Positions 1-12,230 of a stretch of 57,270 nucleotides of DNA are shown here, piece by piece. The notes beneath the pieces are model-generated. The model saw only the letters and a program-made list of their open reading frames with translations. It had not been told where the DNA came from and did not search any database. A program made the translations under genes and the position numbers. Position 1 is the first letter of the stretch; each line of letters starts with the position of its first letter. The stretch comes from Macrostomum lignano (taxonomy: Eukaryota): the NCBI GenBank assembly GCA_002269645.1, contig NIVC01003108.1, positions 61,685 to 118,954 on the forward strand, in the 5' to 3' direction.

Positions 1-466
1 GTAGCAGCACATTTGCATGTAAACTAGTTCAGTTCAGTAGTAAGTTAAACTGAAGCATTTTAATTTATTTTAAAGCCAAGGCTCATATTATTGGCTCTTA
101 ACCCCCCAGCTTAAACCCTCCAAACGCGCCTTTCCACACTCCTCCGGCCCGCCCAATTTTTATTGCCTCTCGAATTCCAGCCTAAAGCTGCCATTTGCAT
201 TTCAGTGGACTGGCCAATGTACATTATTGCTGAACCAATTAGCAAGCTGTTAACGCCTGAAAGCTTGGGCTTCTAAACTTATCAAAGTCATTTCAAAAAG
301 CTTATGCATTCTTCATTGCTACTGAACTGAAAGTGGAAAGCTGTTTTGCTAAGCATATATGCCTGAGTGGCCTATCTAGTTATTTCAGTATTTGAGGCCT
401 AATCTTTATGATTCATTAAGCTTATTATGTATGCATAGAAACTGGACTCAATATTTGAACCTGCAG

Positions 467-1604
467 GAGTCTGCACAGCCCTCAAAGCGGACCCGCGCCA
501 CGGCCATGTCCGTGTTCATGCGGAATACCGCAACTCCAATCCGCTCTGCGGTCGCTGCCGCACTCCAGCTCCCAGCTGATCGCCGAGGCCAACAGCGCCT
601 TCAAGAGCCTCAGCCTGCGAGCAGCGGCAGGTCTACGAGCGGAAAGCGAAGGCTGAGAACAAGAAGTTCGATCAGAAATTCGGCGACAAGTTTCGTCGCG
701 ACTGCGAGGGCTTCACGCTGGAGTCCCGCGCCAAAGCTTCTCAGGAGGCGGAGGCTTTCAGGCGGTGGAGCGAGGACCTGCTCAGGCAGATGCTGTCGGA
801 TGCAGAGCTGCAGTGGCTGCGACCGGCCGTTTGTGGTCGGTGAGCTGCTCGACTTCGCGCCCGCAGATCCGCACGAGTCCCGCCAGAACCTGCCTGCGGA
901 GCTCGGCTTCGTGCGCTTCAGCCTGCGGTCTGGCGTCACCGACCGCCTGCCACCACATCGTCAGCCTGACCTCCCAGCAGCTGCCGATGCACCTGCGATT
1001 CCAGTGCAAGGATCTGGCTGAGGAGACTCACGGAATCCACATCGACCATCAGCTGGGAGGCAGCGTCGCCGCCTTCGACCGCGAGCTTCGCCGGCTCTGC
1101 CAGGACGACTCGGGCCGCCCGCTGCCTCTGTTTGTGCCAGCAGACAGCCTGCAGCGAATGCAGCATGGCCTGATGTACATCTACGGCTCCAGCGCTGATC
1201 TCGCAGCTGCCCCCTGGTGATTGAGCCTTCGAAACCTTCCAAGTCTCGCGTGCTCAGTCTGGAGCCCCTCATTGCGGCACCTGATGGCCTGCCCAGCCAT
1301 GCCCGAGGACAAGAGGGCGTCCGTGCTGGACTTGCAGATGACCGCCTTGCTGCAAAAAGTCCGGTTCACAGGTGAGCTGCTCAAACTGCACTACTCGCAG
1401 TAGTAAGCATGGCAATGATACTAGAAGCCCATAAACCCGCACTACTCGCAGTAGTAAGCAGACAATAAAACTGAAGCCCACATCCCGCAGGCTACAGCGA
1501 GTGCTGCCAGTTCCACACCGGCCAGGACAACACAGAGTTCTGCGCCCTGACCAGAGCTCACCGCTACGCCTGGCGCGATCTTTGAGCTGCTGTACGACGG
1601 CTAG
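467..1604 (+). CDS. mael: Maelstrom homolog (HMG box + MAEL domain), broken by several 1-nt indels (consensus errors or pseudogene); 5' exon(s) not identified
   Basis: Joining frames gives HMG-like KRTRATAMSVFMR..QLIAEANSAFKSLS.EQRQVYERKAKAENKKF, then LPAELGFVRFSLRSGV, LRFQCKDLAEETHGIHID and PLPLFVPADSLQRMQHGL. After a GT-AG intron (1372-1490) comes GYSECCQFHTGQDNTEFCALTRAHRYAW. These parallel vertebrate MAEL blocks (LPCEIGCVKYSLQEGI, FRFHCQAASDSSHKIPIS, CKWHEEND.LFCAL). The 3' end is uncertain. Confidence 0.8.
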
Positions 1605-1984
1605 GATTCGAACTCACGACCGCGCACAGGCGTTAGACGAGCAGCTGGTGACGCCGCTGCGCCTATCAGGCGGAGGACAGCCGCGGTGGCTGGAAAACTC
1701 TCGCTGGCAAAGCGCGCTAACCCGTGCCCACCGCGGTCGGTTGCCATGGCCAACGCAGCCTACTACTTCCGCAGCCCCGGCAAACGCCTCAGCCAATGGC
1801 GCTGCTGCTGAAAATTTTCAAGTTTTGTCGGGCGGCGGGGGCGCGGCGTTCGTCTGACTGAGCAGCCGCCGATGCCGATGCGCGCCGCCTGCCGCGTCTG
1901 AAGATGCCGCCATTGAGTCCGATGGGAGGCCGCCGGACGGCCGCTGTCCTTGGTCGGGCGTCGAGCATTCGCTCTTCGGAGCCG

Positions 1985-2170
1985 CGTTTGATAATGCCTC
2001 CCGCGGGTGCGGTGCCGGCTCGCTTTGAAGATGCGCCGCGGCGGCGGTGGCGGTGCCGGCTCGCTTTTGAAGATGCCGCCCGCCGGTGGCGGCCCGGCTC
2101 GCTTTGAAGATGCGCTATCGACGCTGGCAGCAGCTTTCGCTCCTCTGAGCAGGCGCCTTTGAAGATGCCG
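1985..2170 (+). repeat. Short imperfect GC-rich tandem repeat (core CCGGCTCGCTTTGAAGATGCGCC, ~4 copies)
   Basis: TTTGAAGATGC recurs at ~2025, 2068, 2103 and 2158. Confidence 0.7.
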
Positions 2171-2567
2171 CACCGATGACCGCGCCTCGCCGGGACCCCT
2201 CCGGGCCTGTCGTCTCCCGTTGGCGGCGCCGGCAGAGGTGGGGGGCGCCGGCCGGGCCGGCATCGCGCAGACGGCGCGGCCCAATTATTGTAGATTAATG
2301 GTTGATAGCAATTATTTACTGAGCGACTGTTTGTTAAAATTGAAGCAGAGTTTGTTAAGCTTTATCTATTTTATATATTCAGCAAGCTCGCATTGTACCA
2401 AATTTTCGACCTTTTTACGAGTGGCATGATAATTGCAGATAAATTATCCGTGTTTATGAAATCTTGGTTATCAGATGACTAGTTTTGCTTTTGTCTTGTT
2501 TTTACTTTTTAAAAGTTTTTTTTCAAAAAGCATTCGTCAATTTTTGCGATAAATGTTTCATTGATTA

Positions 2568-3587
2568 CAATCCCAACCCTCTGATTTCAAGGTCAATCTC
2601 CACCCCCTGATTTCAAGGTCAATCTCCACCCTCTGATTTCAAGGTCAATCCCCACCCTCTGATTTCAAGGTCAATCTCCACCCTCTGATTTCAAGGTAAA
2701 TCCCCACCCTTTGATTTCAAGGTCAATCTCCACCCTCTGATTTCAAGGTCAATCTCCACCCTCTGATTTCAAGGTCAATCCCCACCCTCTGATTTCAAGG
2801 TCAATCCCCACCCTCTGATTTCAAGGTCAATCTCCACCCTCTGATTTCAAGGTCAATCCCCACCCTCTGATTTCAAGGTCAATCTCCACCCTCTGATTTC
2901 AAGGTCAATCCCAACCCCTGATTTCAAGGTCAATCTCCACCCTCTGATTTCAAGGTCAATCCCCACCCTCTGATTTCTAGGTCAATCTCCACCCTCTTAT
3001 TTCAAGGTCAATCTCCACCCTCTGATTTCAAGGTCAATCTCCACCCTCTGATTTCAAGGTCAATCTCCACCCTCTGATTTCAAGGTCAATCTCCACCCTC
3101 TGATTTCAAGGTCAATCCCCACCCTCTGATTTCAAGGTCAATCTCCACCCTCTGATTTCAAGGTCAATCTCCACCCTCTGATTTCAAGGTCAATCTCCAC
3201 CCTCTGATTTCAAGGTAAATCCCCACCCTTTGATTTCAAGGTCAATCCCCACCCTCTGATTTCAAGGTCAATCCCCACCCTTTGATTTCAAGGTCAATCC
3301 CCACCCTCTGATTTCAAGGTCAATCTCCACCCTCTGATTTCAAGGTAAATCCCCACCCTTTAATTTCAAGGTCAATCCCCACCCTCTGATTTCAAGGTCA
3401 ATCTCCACCCTTTGATTTCAAGGTCAATCCCCACACTCTGATTCCAAGGTCAATCTCCACCCTCTGATTTCAAGGTCAATCTCCACCCTTTAATTTCAAG
3501 GTCAATCTCCACCCTTTAATTTCAAGGTCAATCCCAACCCTCTGATTTCAAGGTCAATCCCCACCCTCTGATTTCAAGGTCAATCCC
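2568..3587 (+). repeat. 26-bp minisatellite (CTCTGATTTCAAGGTCAATCTCCACC), ~39 copies
   Basis: Direct tandem units visible. Confidence 0.97.
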
Positions 3588-4004
3588 GGTTTTTACCCCA
3601 ATGGTCGCTTCTGGTTCTAGATTACTATTGCAAGTTCTTGACGCCTCGATTGTAAAAAGTTGATTTTTTTGAGAGCTCAGTTTTTCTTTGAGTATCGCTA
3701 GTATATCGCCTGCTGGTATCTAATACTGTTTTTAAGGTGTTTCCGTTTTATTTAATTATGTACTTTAAGGCTGATGCCATCTGGTATCCTGTTTTTCAAT
3801 TAAGCCTTTTTCATGTTTTAACAACCCTGTATGCATAGCGAGTGCCCTTGCTGCGGTCAGCAGATATAAATATATGATTCTGATGTATTTACCTGTTTTA
3901 AAACTGCTATCTCTGGTATGCGAGACAGTAAATAATTATTTTATTTTTTGTCATTATTTGAACTCTGCGTTGCAATTTTTTGTCCAGATAATATCTATCC
4001 CAAT

Positions 4005-4780
4005 ATCAGACTGTCACATTCACAGAGAGCTCATTGTCAGACTGTCACATTCACAGAGAGCTCATTGTCAGACTGTCACATTCACAGAGAGCTCATTGTC
4101 AGACTGTCACATTCACAGAGAGCTCATTGTCAGACTGTCACATTCACAGAGAGCTCATTGTCAGACTGTCACATTCACAGAGAGCTCATTGTCAGACTGT
4201 CACATTCACAGAGAGCTCATTGTCAGACTGTCACATTCACAGAGAGCTCATTGTCAGACTGTCACATTCACAGAGAGCTCATTGTCAGACTGACACATTC
4301 ACAGAGAGCTCATTGTCAGACTGTCACATTCACAGAGAGCTCATTGTCAGACTGTCACATTCACAGAGAGCTCATTGTCAGACTGTCACATTCACAGAGA
4401 GCTCATTGTCAGACTGTCACATTCACAGAGAGCTCATTGTCAGACTGACACATTCACAGAGAGCTCATTGTCAGACTGTCACATTCACAGAGAGCTCATT
4501 GTCAGACTGTCACATTCACAGAGAGCTCATTGTCAGACTGACACATTCACAGAGAGCTCATTGTCAGACTGTCACATTCACAGAGAGCTCATTGTCAGAC
4601 TGTCACATTCACAGAGAGCTCATTGTCAGACTGACACAGAGAGCTCATTGTCAGACTGTCACATTCACAGAGAGCTCATTGTCAGACTGTCACATTCACA
4701 GAGAGCTCATTGTCAGACTGCCACATTCACAGAGAGCTCATTGTCAGACTGACGCATTCACAGAGAGCTCATTGTCAGAC
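4005..4780 (+). repeat. 31-bp minisatellite (TCAGACTGTCACATTCACAGAGAGCTCATTG), ~25 copies
   Basis: Direct tandem units; source of the spurious HIHRELIVRL ORFs. Confidence 0.97.
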
Positions 4781-4787
4781 TTACATT

Positions 4788-4860
4788 GGACAGAGCAGTT
4801 CAGCGGTTAACGCGTCGGACTCGTGCCAGGAGTACCCGGGTTCGATTCCGCGAGCGGCCA
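4788..4860 (+). mobile_element. tRNA-derived sequence (SINE head or tRNA pseudogene)
   Basis: 73 nt with A-box-like AGTTCAGCGG, B-box GGTTCGATTCC and terminal CCA; acceptor and T stems pair poorly, so not a functional tRNA. Confidence 0.6.
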
Positions 4861-5323
4861 CACAAAAATGTCGATTTACACACACGAGGGCCAACCTTCA
4901 AGGCAGAGAGTGTACGACTCTTACATGCTTTACAATGAAAAAGTGCGTGCTGTTTGGCAAATTTCAAAATCCATCTTTCATTGAGAGATTATAAACGCAT
5001 TAACATAAAATCTATTGCTAAATTTAGACTCTCGCCTCGGGTGTTTCGTCTTTTATGGCATTGGGTAAAATTTGCCAAATCTGGCTGGCTGCATGGCCCG
5101 CTGCAGTCGGGTGCGAGCTGCCACTCCGTGGGAAATTTCTCGTGACGGCCACACCCAGTGTAGCGGTCGCTCAGTCCGGGTGCTCCCTTCGGTTCCGTTC
5201 ATAAAGAGCGCGCGGACCGAGGCTTCTGGAGTTTTTCTCGAATCTCCCCCGCCCCTGCTCGGCTCGGAAGTTTTCTCAAGCGCAGGCAGATTAGTTGGGT
5301 GTTGACTAGCAGCCTACTGCTGC

Positions 5324-5611
5324 ATGCAGGAGCGCCCCCGGCCTTGGCATCAGCCCCCCAGCAGAGACCGCAACTTGGACATATTCGACAAGGCTCTGAT
5401 CGGTTTCGAGCAGCAATTTTCGAGCTCAAGGCGCGGCAGCTTCGACCAGCAGAACCGTCCCCGTCGTCAAAAGCTGCAAAATAAGCCGATAATCCAGCGG
5501 AAGAGGTTCAGCAGCAGCGATAACCGACTGGCTGAGATTGAAGAGACCAGCCAGCTAGGAGAAGAAGACATGAGCCGGTGCGTGTCGCTGCGGGAGTCGG
5601 ATTGCAAGTAG
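5324..5611 (+). CDS. Possible coding exon or small ORF, unknown product
   Basis: GC-rich 95-aa ORF with coding-like codon usage; no recognisable domain or confirmed splice partners. Confidence 0.25.
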   Translation: MQERPRPWHQPPSRDRNLDIFDKALIGFEQQFSSSRRGSFDQQNRPRRQKLQNKPIIQRKRFSSSDNRLAEIEETSQLGEEDMSRCVSLRESDCK

Positions 5612-5616
5612 AGTTT

Positions 5617-6190
5617 TGCTAGATCTCAGTAGATCTCTGCTAGATCTCAGTAGATTTCTGCTAGATCTCTGCTAGATCTCTGCTAGATCTCAGTAGATCT
5701 CTGCTAGATCTCTGCTAGATCTCAGTAGATCTCAGTAGATCTCTGCTAGATCTCAATAGATCTCAGTTAGATCTCTGCTACATCTCAGTAGATCTCAGTA
5801 GATCTCAGTAGATCTCTGCTAGATCTCAGTAGATCTCAGTAGATCTCTGCTAGATCTCAGTAGATCTCAGTAGATCTCTGCTTGGATCTCAGTAGATCTC
5901 AGTAGGTCTCTGCTAGATCTCAGTAGATCTCAGTTAGATCTTTGCTAGATCTCAGTAGATCTCAGTTAGATCTCTGCTAGATCTCAGTAGATCTCTGCTT
6001 GGATCTCTGCTAGATCTTAGTAGATCTCTGCTTGGATCTCAGTAGGTCTGCTAGATATCTGCTGGATCTCAGTAGATCTCTGCTAGATCTCTGTAGATCT
6101 CAGGTAGAACCTAGTAGATCTTTGCTTGATCTCAGGTAAATCTCAGTAGATCTCTGCTAGATCTCGATTAGATATCCGCTAGATCTCATG
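5617..6190. repeat. 10/11-bp satellite TAGATCTCAG / TAGATCTCTGC with palindromic AGATCT core
   Basis: Interleaved tandem units visible. Confidence 0.95.
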
Positions 6191-6462
6191 AGCAAGTATG
6201 TCGGATGAAAGCATGGATATATGAATATGATACTTAAGAAGATCTCTAGTTAGACTTCAGGTGCATCTTTGAGTAGCTGGATCTCAGATAAGCTCACTGC
6301 ATGGATCCGCATAGCTTGCAGATCCACTATTAACGACAGCATTTTTAGAAACTGAAAGAGGCAGCGAGTGGGAAAAATAAAATCAGTAGTGCAGACGCAT
6401 TTCGTCAGTAGCTTGAACGCGCATGACCACACAAATTTGGCGATAATCGGACAAAAAAGTTC

Positions 6463-9382
6463 ATGCACTCAAACCGCGGCCCACTATTGACAGCAGCTTC
6501 CAGCAGTACAGCCGGCAGAGGGTCTCCACCAGCAGCAGCAGCGGCGGCGGCGGCGGCTTAGGCGGCTTCGGCACCGGCCTCGCTCTACCCCGGCGAACTC
6601 ATTCAATCAGCTCGGACGGCTGGGGCCGCAGCGGCGGCAGTTCCGGCTACCAGCGGCAGGTGTTCCGGCAGAGCTTCCGGCAGGCTGTAAGCTGGGATGG
6701 GGTCGGGTTGGTGTGTATCAGGGGTCGGCAAACTTTATTACCTCAAGGGCCTGATAGAGAATCCTGCTCATGGCTGCAGGCCAGATGAGTGGAAAGGAGA
6801 GGGAATGGAGGATGAGATATGAATGAAGAGAGGAGAGTCGGGAGATGGGACGTGGGAAGAGATGAGAGAAAAGATTTGAGGAGAGAAGACGGGAGAAAGA
6901 AGAGGAGAGAGAGAAGAGGGGAGAGAGGAGAGGAAAAAGAAGAGAGAGGGGAGAGAGGAGAGGGGGAGAGAATAGGAGAGAGGGGAGAGAGGAGAGAGAG
7001 GAGAGAGGAGAGGAAAGAGAGGAGAGGGAGAGAGGAGAGGGGGAGAGAATAGGAGAGAGGGAGAGAGAGGAGAGAGAGGAGAGGGGAGAGAGGAGAGAGG
7101 GGAGAGAGGAGAGGGGAGAGAATAGGAGAGGGGAGAGAGGAGAGAGGAGAGGAAAGAGAGGAGAGGGGAGAGAGGAGAGGGGAAGAGAATAGGAGAGAGG
7201 GGAGAGAGGAGAGGGGAGAGAGGAGAGAGGAGAGAGAGGAGAGGGAAGAGAGGAGAGGGGAAGAGAATAGGAGAGAGGGGAGAGAGGAGAGGGGAGAGAG
7301 GAGAGAGGAGAGAGGAGAGGGAAGAGAGGAGAGGGGGAGAGAATAGGAGAGGAGAGAGGGAGAGGGAGAGAGGAGAGGGGACAGAGGAGAGAGGGGAGAG
7401 AGGAGAGGGAGAGAGGAGAGGGGGAGAGAATAGGAGAGGGGAGAGAGGATAGGGGACAGAGGAGAGAGGGGAGAGAGGACAGAGGAGAGAGGAGAGGAAA
7501 GAGAGGAGAGGGGAGAGGGAGAGAGGAGAGAGAGAGAGGGAGAGAGGAGAGGAAAGAGAGGAGAGAGAGGAGAGGGGAGAGAATAGGAGAGGGGAGAGAG
7601 GAGAGAGAGGAGAGGGAGAGAGGAGAGAGGGGAGAGAGGAGAGGGGAGAGAGGAGAGGGGAGAGAGGAGAGGGGAGAGAGGAGAGGGGAGAGAGGAGAGG
7701 AAAGAGAGGAGAGAGAGGAGAGGGGAGAGAGGAGAGGGAGAGAGGAGAGGGGAGAGAATAGGAGAGAGGGGAGAGAGGAGAGGGGAGAGAGGAGAGAGGA
7801 GAGAGAGGAGAGGGAAGAGAGGAGAGGGGGAGAGAATAGGAGAGGAGAGAGGGGAGAGGGGAGAGAGGAGAGGGGACAGAGGAGAGAGGGGAGAGAGGAG
7901 AGGGGAGAGAGGAGAGGGGGAGAGAATAGGAGAGGGGAGAGAGGATAGGGGACAGAGGAGAGAGGGGAGAGAGGACAGAGGAGAGAGGAGAGGAAAGAGA
8001 GGAGAGGGGAGAGGGGAGAGAGGAGAGAGAGGAGAGGGAGAGAGGAGAGGAAAGAGAGGAGAGAGAGGAGAGGGAGAGAATAGGAGAGGGGAGAGAGGAG
8101 AGAGAGGAGAGGGGAGAGAGGAGAGGAGAGAGGAGAGAGGAGAGAGAGGAGAGGGAGAGAGGAGAGGGGAGAGAGGAGAGAAAGAGAGGAGAGAGAGAGA
8201 GGAGAGGGAGAGAGGAGAGGGAGAGGAGAGGGGAGAGAGGAGAGGAAAGAGAGGAGAGAGAGAGAGAGGGAGAGAGGAGAGGGGAGAGAGGAGAGGGGAG
8301 AGAATAGGAGAGAGGGGAGAGAGGAGAGGGGAGAGAGGAGAGAGGAGAGAGAGGAGAGGGAAGAGAGGAGAGGGGGAGAGAATAGAGAGGAGAGAGGGAG
8401 AGGGGAGAGAGGAGAGGGACAGAGGAGAGAGGGGAGAGAGGAGAGGGGAGAGAGGAGAGGGGAGAGAATAGGAGAGGGAGAGAGGATAGGGGACAGAGGA
8501 GAGAGGGAGAGAGGACAGAGGAGAGAGGAGAGGAAAGAGAGGAGAGGGGAGAGGGGAGAGAGGAGAGAGAGGAGAGGGAGAGAGGAGAGGAAAGAGAGGA
8601 GAGAGAGGAGAGGGAGAGAATAGGAGAGGGGAGAGAGGAGAGAGAGGAGAGGGGAGAGAGAGGGAGAGAGGAGAGGAGAGAGAGGAGGAGGGAAGAGAGG
8701 AGAGGGGGAGAGAATAGGAGAGGAGAGAGGGGAGAGGGGAGAGAGGAGAGGGGACAGAGGAGAGAGGGGAGAGAGGAGAGGGGGAGAGGAGAGGGGAGAG
8801 AATAGGAGAGGGGAGAGAGGATAGGGGACAGAGGAGAGAGGGGAGAGAGGACAGAGGAGAGAGGAGAGGAAAGAGAGGAGAGGGGAGAGGGGAGAGAGGA
8901 GAGAGAGGAGAGGGAGAGAGGAGAGGAAAGAGAGGAGAGAGAGGAGAGGGGAGAGAATAGGAGAGGGGAGAGAGGAGAGAGAGGAGAGGGGAGAGAGGAG
9001 AGAGGAGGAGAGGGGAGAGAGGATAGGGGAGAGAGGAGAGGGGAGAGAGGAGAGGAAAGAGAGGAGAGAGAGGAGAGGGGAGAGAGGATAGGGAGAGAGG
9101 AGAGGGGAGAGAGAGGAGAGGGAGAGAGGAGAGGGGAGAAAGGAGAGAAGGGAGTGAAAGGGGGAGAGGGGAGCAAAAATAGAGCTGAGAAGACACAAAC
9201 CTTGAGTGGGCCGGATTGCTATTGTGAAGTTTCAAAGGACCCGAGGGCCGGATGAAGAGGCTTCGCGGGTCGGAGTTTGCCGAGCCCTGGGTCTGCCTGG
9301 ACCTCAAACAAGTCCACTCCTCTTTGCCAGGCGCCGCCACCTGTGCTGACGGGCGGTCGCCAGCAGTCTTTCTACTCCTACA

Positions 9383-9440
<58 letters not shown>

Positions 9441-11348
9441 AGGCTGGGCAGGCTGGCTGCAGCACCACCGACCTCCGTCAGCCGCTCCGGGAAGCAGCGG
9501 CACCAACAGCAGGAGCTACTTTGTCACCACTGAGACGTCGTCCGCGGGCGGTGTCGGCGGCGGCGGCGGCGGTATCAGCGGACGGCAGTCGTCGGCGGGG
9601 CGGCGCGTACTTCTCCGAGGGTCTGGTCATCAAGCCGGGCGGTGCGTCAGCCAGCTCGGCCATGCTGCAGCAGCAACAGCAGCACCAGCACCAGCAGCAC
9701 CAGCAGCACCAGCAGCACCAGCAGCACCAGCAGCTGTTTCGACGCGACTCCACAGGCAGCGTGGAGCGGGAGCTGCTGCGCTATCAGCAGCGAGACAGCG
9801 GCGGCAGCCGGCAGTATAAGGTGAATGCTACTAATTGGCTTCGCGGTATCTTTAGACCCGAGTAGGCTGATGCATTCACAGCCAGAGCTGCTGTAAGTTA
9901 AGCAGAACTGGCTGTGGTTAGTATCTAGAATTGCGTCTAAATGGCCGCATCTAGAGAACCAATCTAGAGTCGAGCCGTGAAATCCGCGGTTATCATTGTG
10001 AACCGGCTTCCTCCCCCCACACGCCCGTCAGGTGGAGGCCCGGCAGCCGGACGAGAACGTGCACTCCGAGGGCTTCCTAGTTCAGCGCCGGTCCATCGGT
10101 CGCTGGGGCGGCGGCGACGGCGGCGGCATCGCCAGCCGGGAGCAGCGGACGGCCATCAGCGAACAGGAGGAGCAGCAGAGATTCCAGCGACAGCAGAACG
10201 CCGACTACCCGGTGCTGAAGGTGCACCAGCCCTACAAGATGAAGTTTCTCATGAGCAAGGAGGCTCCGCCCGCAGTGTACAGCAGCGGCAGCGCCGAAGA
10301 GTCCTCGGTCAGAGAGAGGTTCGCCAGCGACCTGTACCGCGGCCGGCACGGCAGGCAGAGCGTCGTCGGTGGCTTCGGCGGCGACGGTGGCGCCGTCCGA
10401 CAGTTCAGCCAGCAGCGGTTCATCTATGGCGCCAGAGCCGAGTCGCCAGAGGCATCGGCGATCGTCCAGACCCATACAAAGACATCGGACAACTACGGCG
10501 GCACCATCAGGGAGGGCACCATCCAGAAGCATCTGGCCACGGAGAAGTCGGCCGGGTTCAAGGACGACGAGCTGGAGGCGGCGCTGAGCAGGCTGGAGCT
10601 GAGCGAAGGCGGCCAGCGGGATGAGGAGACTACAGAGACTAAAACAACAAAGACTACGACACAGACTGTGCAGAGCGGCGAGTCCAAGGAGACGTCGGCG
10701 GCGGCGGCAGCTGCTGCACTGAAGCGCAAGCAGTCCACCATGTCGCGGGTGTCGGTGCAGAACGACAAGGAGGAGGAGGAGGTCAGCTACTTCATGGACG
10801 GCGACCGGCTGAGGAAGCGGGTGAAGCGACGCCGCTACGCGGATGGCAAGCTGGTGAACGAGAAGGAAGAGGTGGCCAGCCTTACGGAGGCCGAGCAGCG
10901 GGAGATCAGCGAGCACCGCAGCCAGTGGCAGTGGAGCAGCAGCGGCGGCGGCGCCGGCAGCAGCAGCAGCAGCAAGACAGTCGTTGTCACAGAAGACGGG
11001 AACCGCGCCGTCCGGCGCCCCAAGAAGCGCCGCTGCGCCTGCTGCTACCCGCGGCACAAGCGCTACAAATCGGTGCCAGAGACGGCCCAGCCGCAGCAGC
11101 AGCAGGCAGCGGCCCAGCAGTCCAGCTGGAGCAGCCGGCGCGGCCCCGACGGCGCCGTGATCACCGAGACAACGACTACGACAACGACGGCGAACGGTGG
11201 CTCCGTCACAGAGACGAAGACGAGAAAACAGAAATCGAAAAGCGGCGGCTGCTGCGGCCGGAAGAAGCGGAACAGCCGGCGGGCTGAGCAGCAGAACGGA
11301 GCCGGGGCTGCGAGTCAGCCGGTTGTCACCTTTGATGAGCGCAGGTAG
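6463..11348 (+). CDS. Unknown low-complexity Gly/Ser/Gln/Thr-rich protein, copy 1 (exons ~6463-6686, 9331-9820, 10032-11348)
   Basis: Phase-0 GT-AG junctions (QSFRQA|APPPVL; QYK|VEARQ) and a 438-aa last exon. Exon 2 is 490 nt, one extra G near 9600 relative to the in-frame copy 2. The start is uncertain because ATG 6463 is one base out of frame. Confidence 0.65.
6790..9180 (+). repeat. ~2.4 kb polypurine (GA/GGA) low-complexity tract, intronic
   Basis: Almost exclusively G/A on the + strand. Confidence 0.97.
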
Positions 11349-11644
11349 ACGGACGCGAGCAGATTGGACTGACCATTAAATTGTTATAATCGGTAATGGT
11401 TGCATACGCTCGTAACAATACTGCTTATTGAGTTTTTATCATTGTGCGTCAGCTGATCAGGCTAAAATTATACGCGGCCAATAGCTATATTAGCTAGCTC
11501 GTATATTGTTCATGGCTTCTACAAATATAATTAATTTTTTATGATTATTGTGCTCTAAATATCACGGGAACTCCGACACAGCCTTAAAAGCTTCCAATTT
11601 TCACTACTGTGTATCTTGTGTGACTCGTCTGTTACGGTAAATAA

Positions 11645-12230
11645 GAACACAATGATGCGGTCCAGTTATCCCAACTACAATCGGTGAACACAATGATGCG
11701 GTCCAGTTATCCCAACTACAATCGGTGAACACAATGATGCGGTCCAGTTATCCCAACTACAATCGGTGAACACAATGATGCGGTCCAGTTATCCCAACTA
11801 CAATCGGTGAACACAATGATGCGGTCCAGTTATCCCAACTACAATCGAGAACACAATGATGCGCGTCCAGTTATCCCAACTACAATCGAGAACACAATGA
11901 TGCGGTCCAGTTATCCCAACTACAATCGGTGAACACAATGATGCGGTCCAGTTATCCCAACTACAATCGAGAACACAATGATGCGGTCCAGTTATCCCAA
12001 CTACAATCGAGAACACAATGATGCGGTCCAGTTATCCCAACTACAATCGGTGAACACAATGATGCGGTCCAGTTATCCCAACTACAATCGAGAACACAAT
12101 GATGCGGTCCAGTTATCCCAACTACAATCGAGAACACAATGATGCGGTCCAGTTATCCCAACTACAATCGTGAACACAATGATGCGGTCCAGTTATCCCA
12201 ACTACAATCGTGAACACAATGATGCGGTCC
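11645..12230 (+). repeat. 40/41-bp minisatellite (ACACAATGATGCGGTCCAGTTATCCCAACTACAATCGGTGA), ~14 copies
   Basis: Direct tandem units with no unique spacers. Confidence 0.97.

Noticed and set aside
3874-4810. HIHRELIVRL repeat ORFs, and similar ORFs from the CAGA, 15-bp and 20-bp arrays
   Set aside because: Translation of tandem repeats with no coding evidence
4788-4860. Functional tRNA gene
   Set aside because: Acceptor, anticodon and T stems do not pair properly
6718-9340. 800+ aa Pro/Leu/Ser ORFs on the minus strand (also 15622-17163)
   Set aside because: Artefacts of a stop-free polypyrimidine strand, open in all three frames
10077-11057. 326-aa antisense ORF (and its copy at 17892-18872) and antisense ORFs over DPYS exons
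   Set aside because: Shadow ORFs of GC3-rich coding sequence
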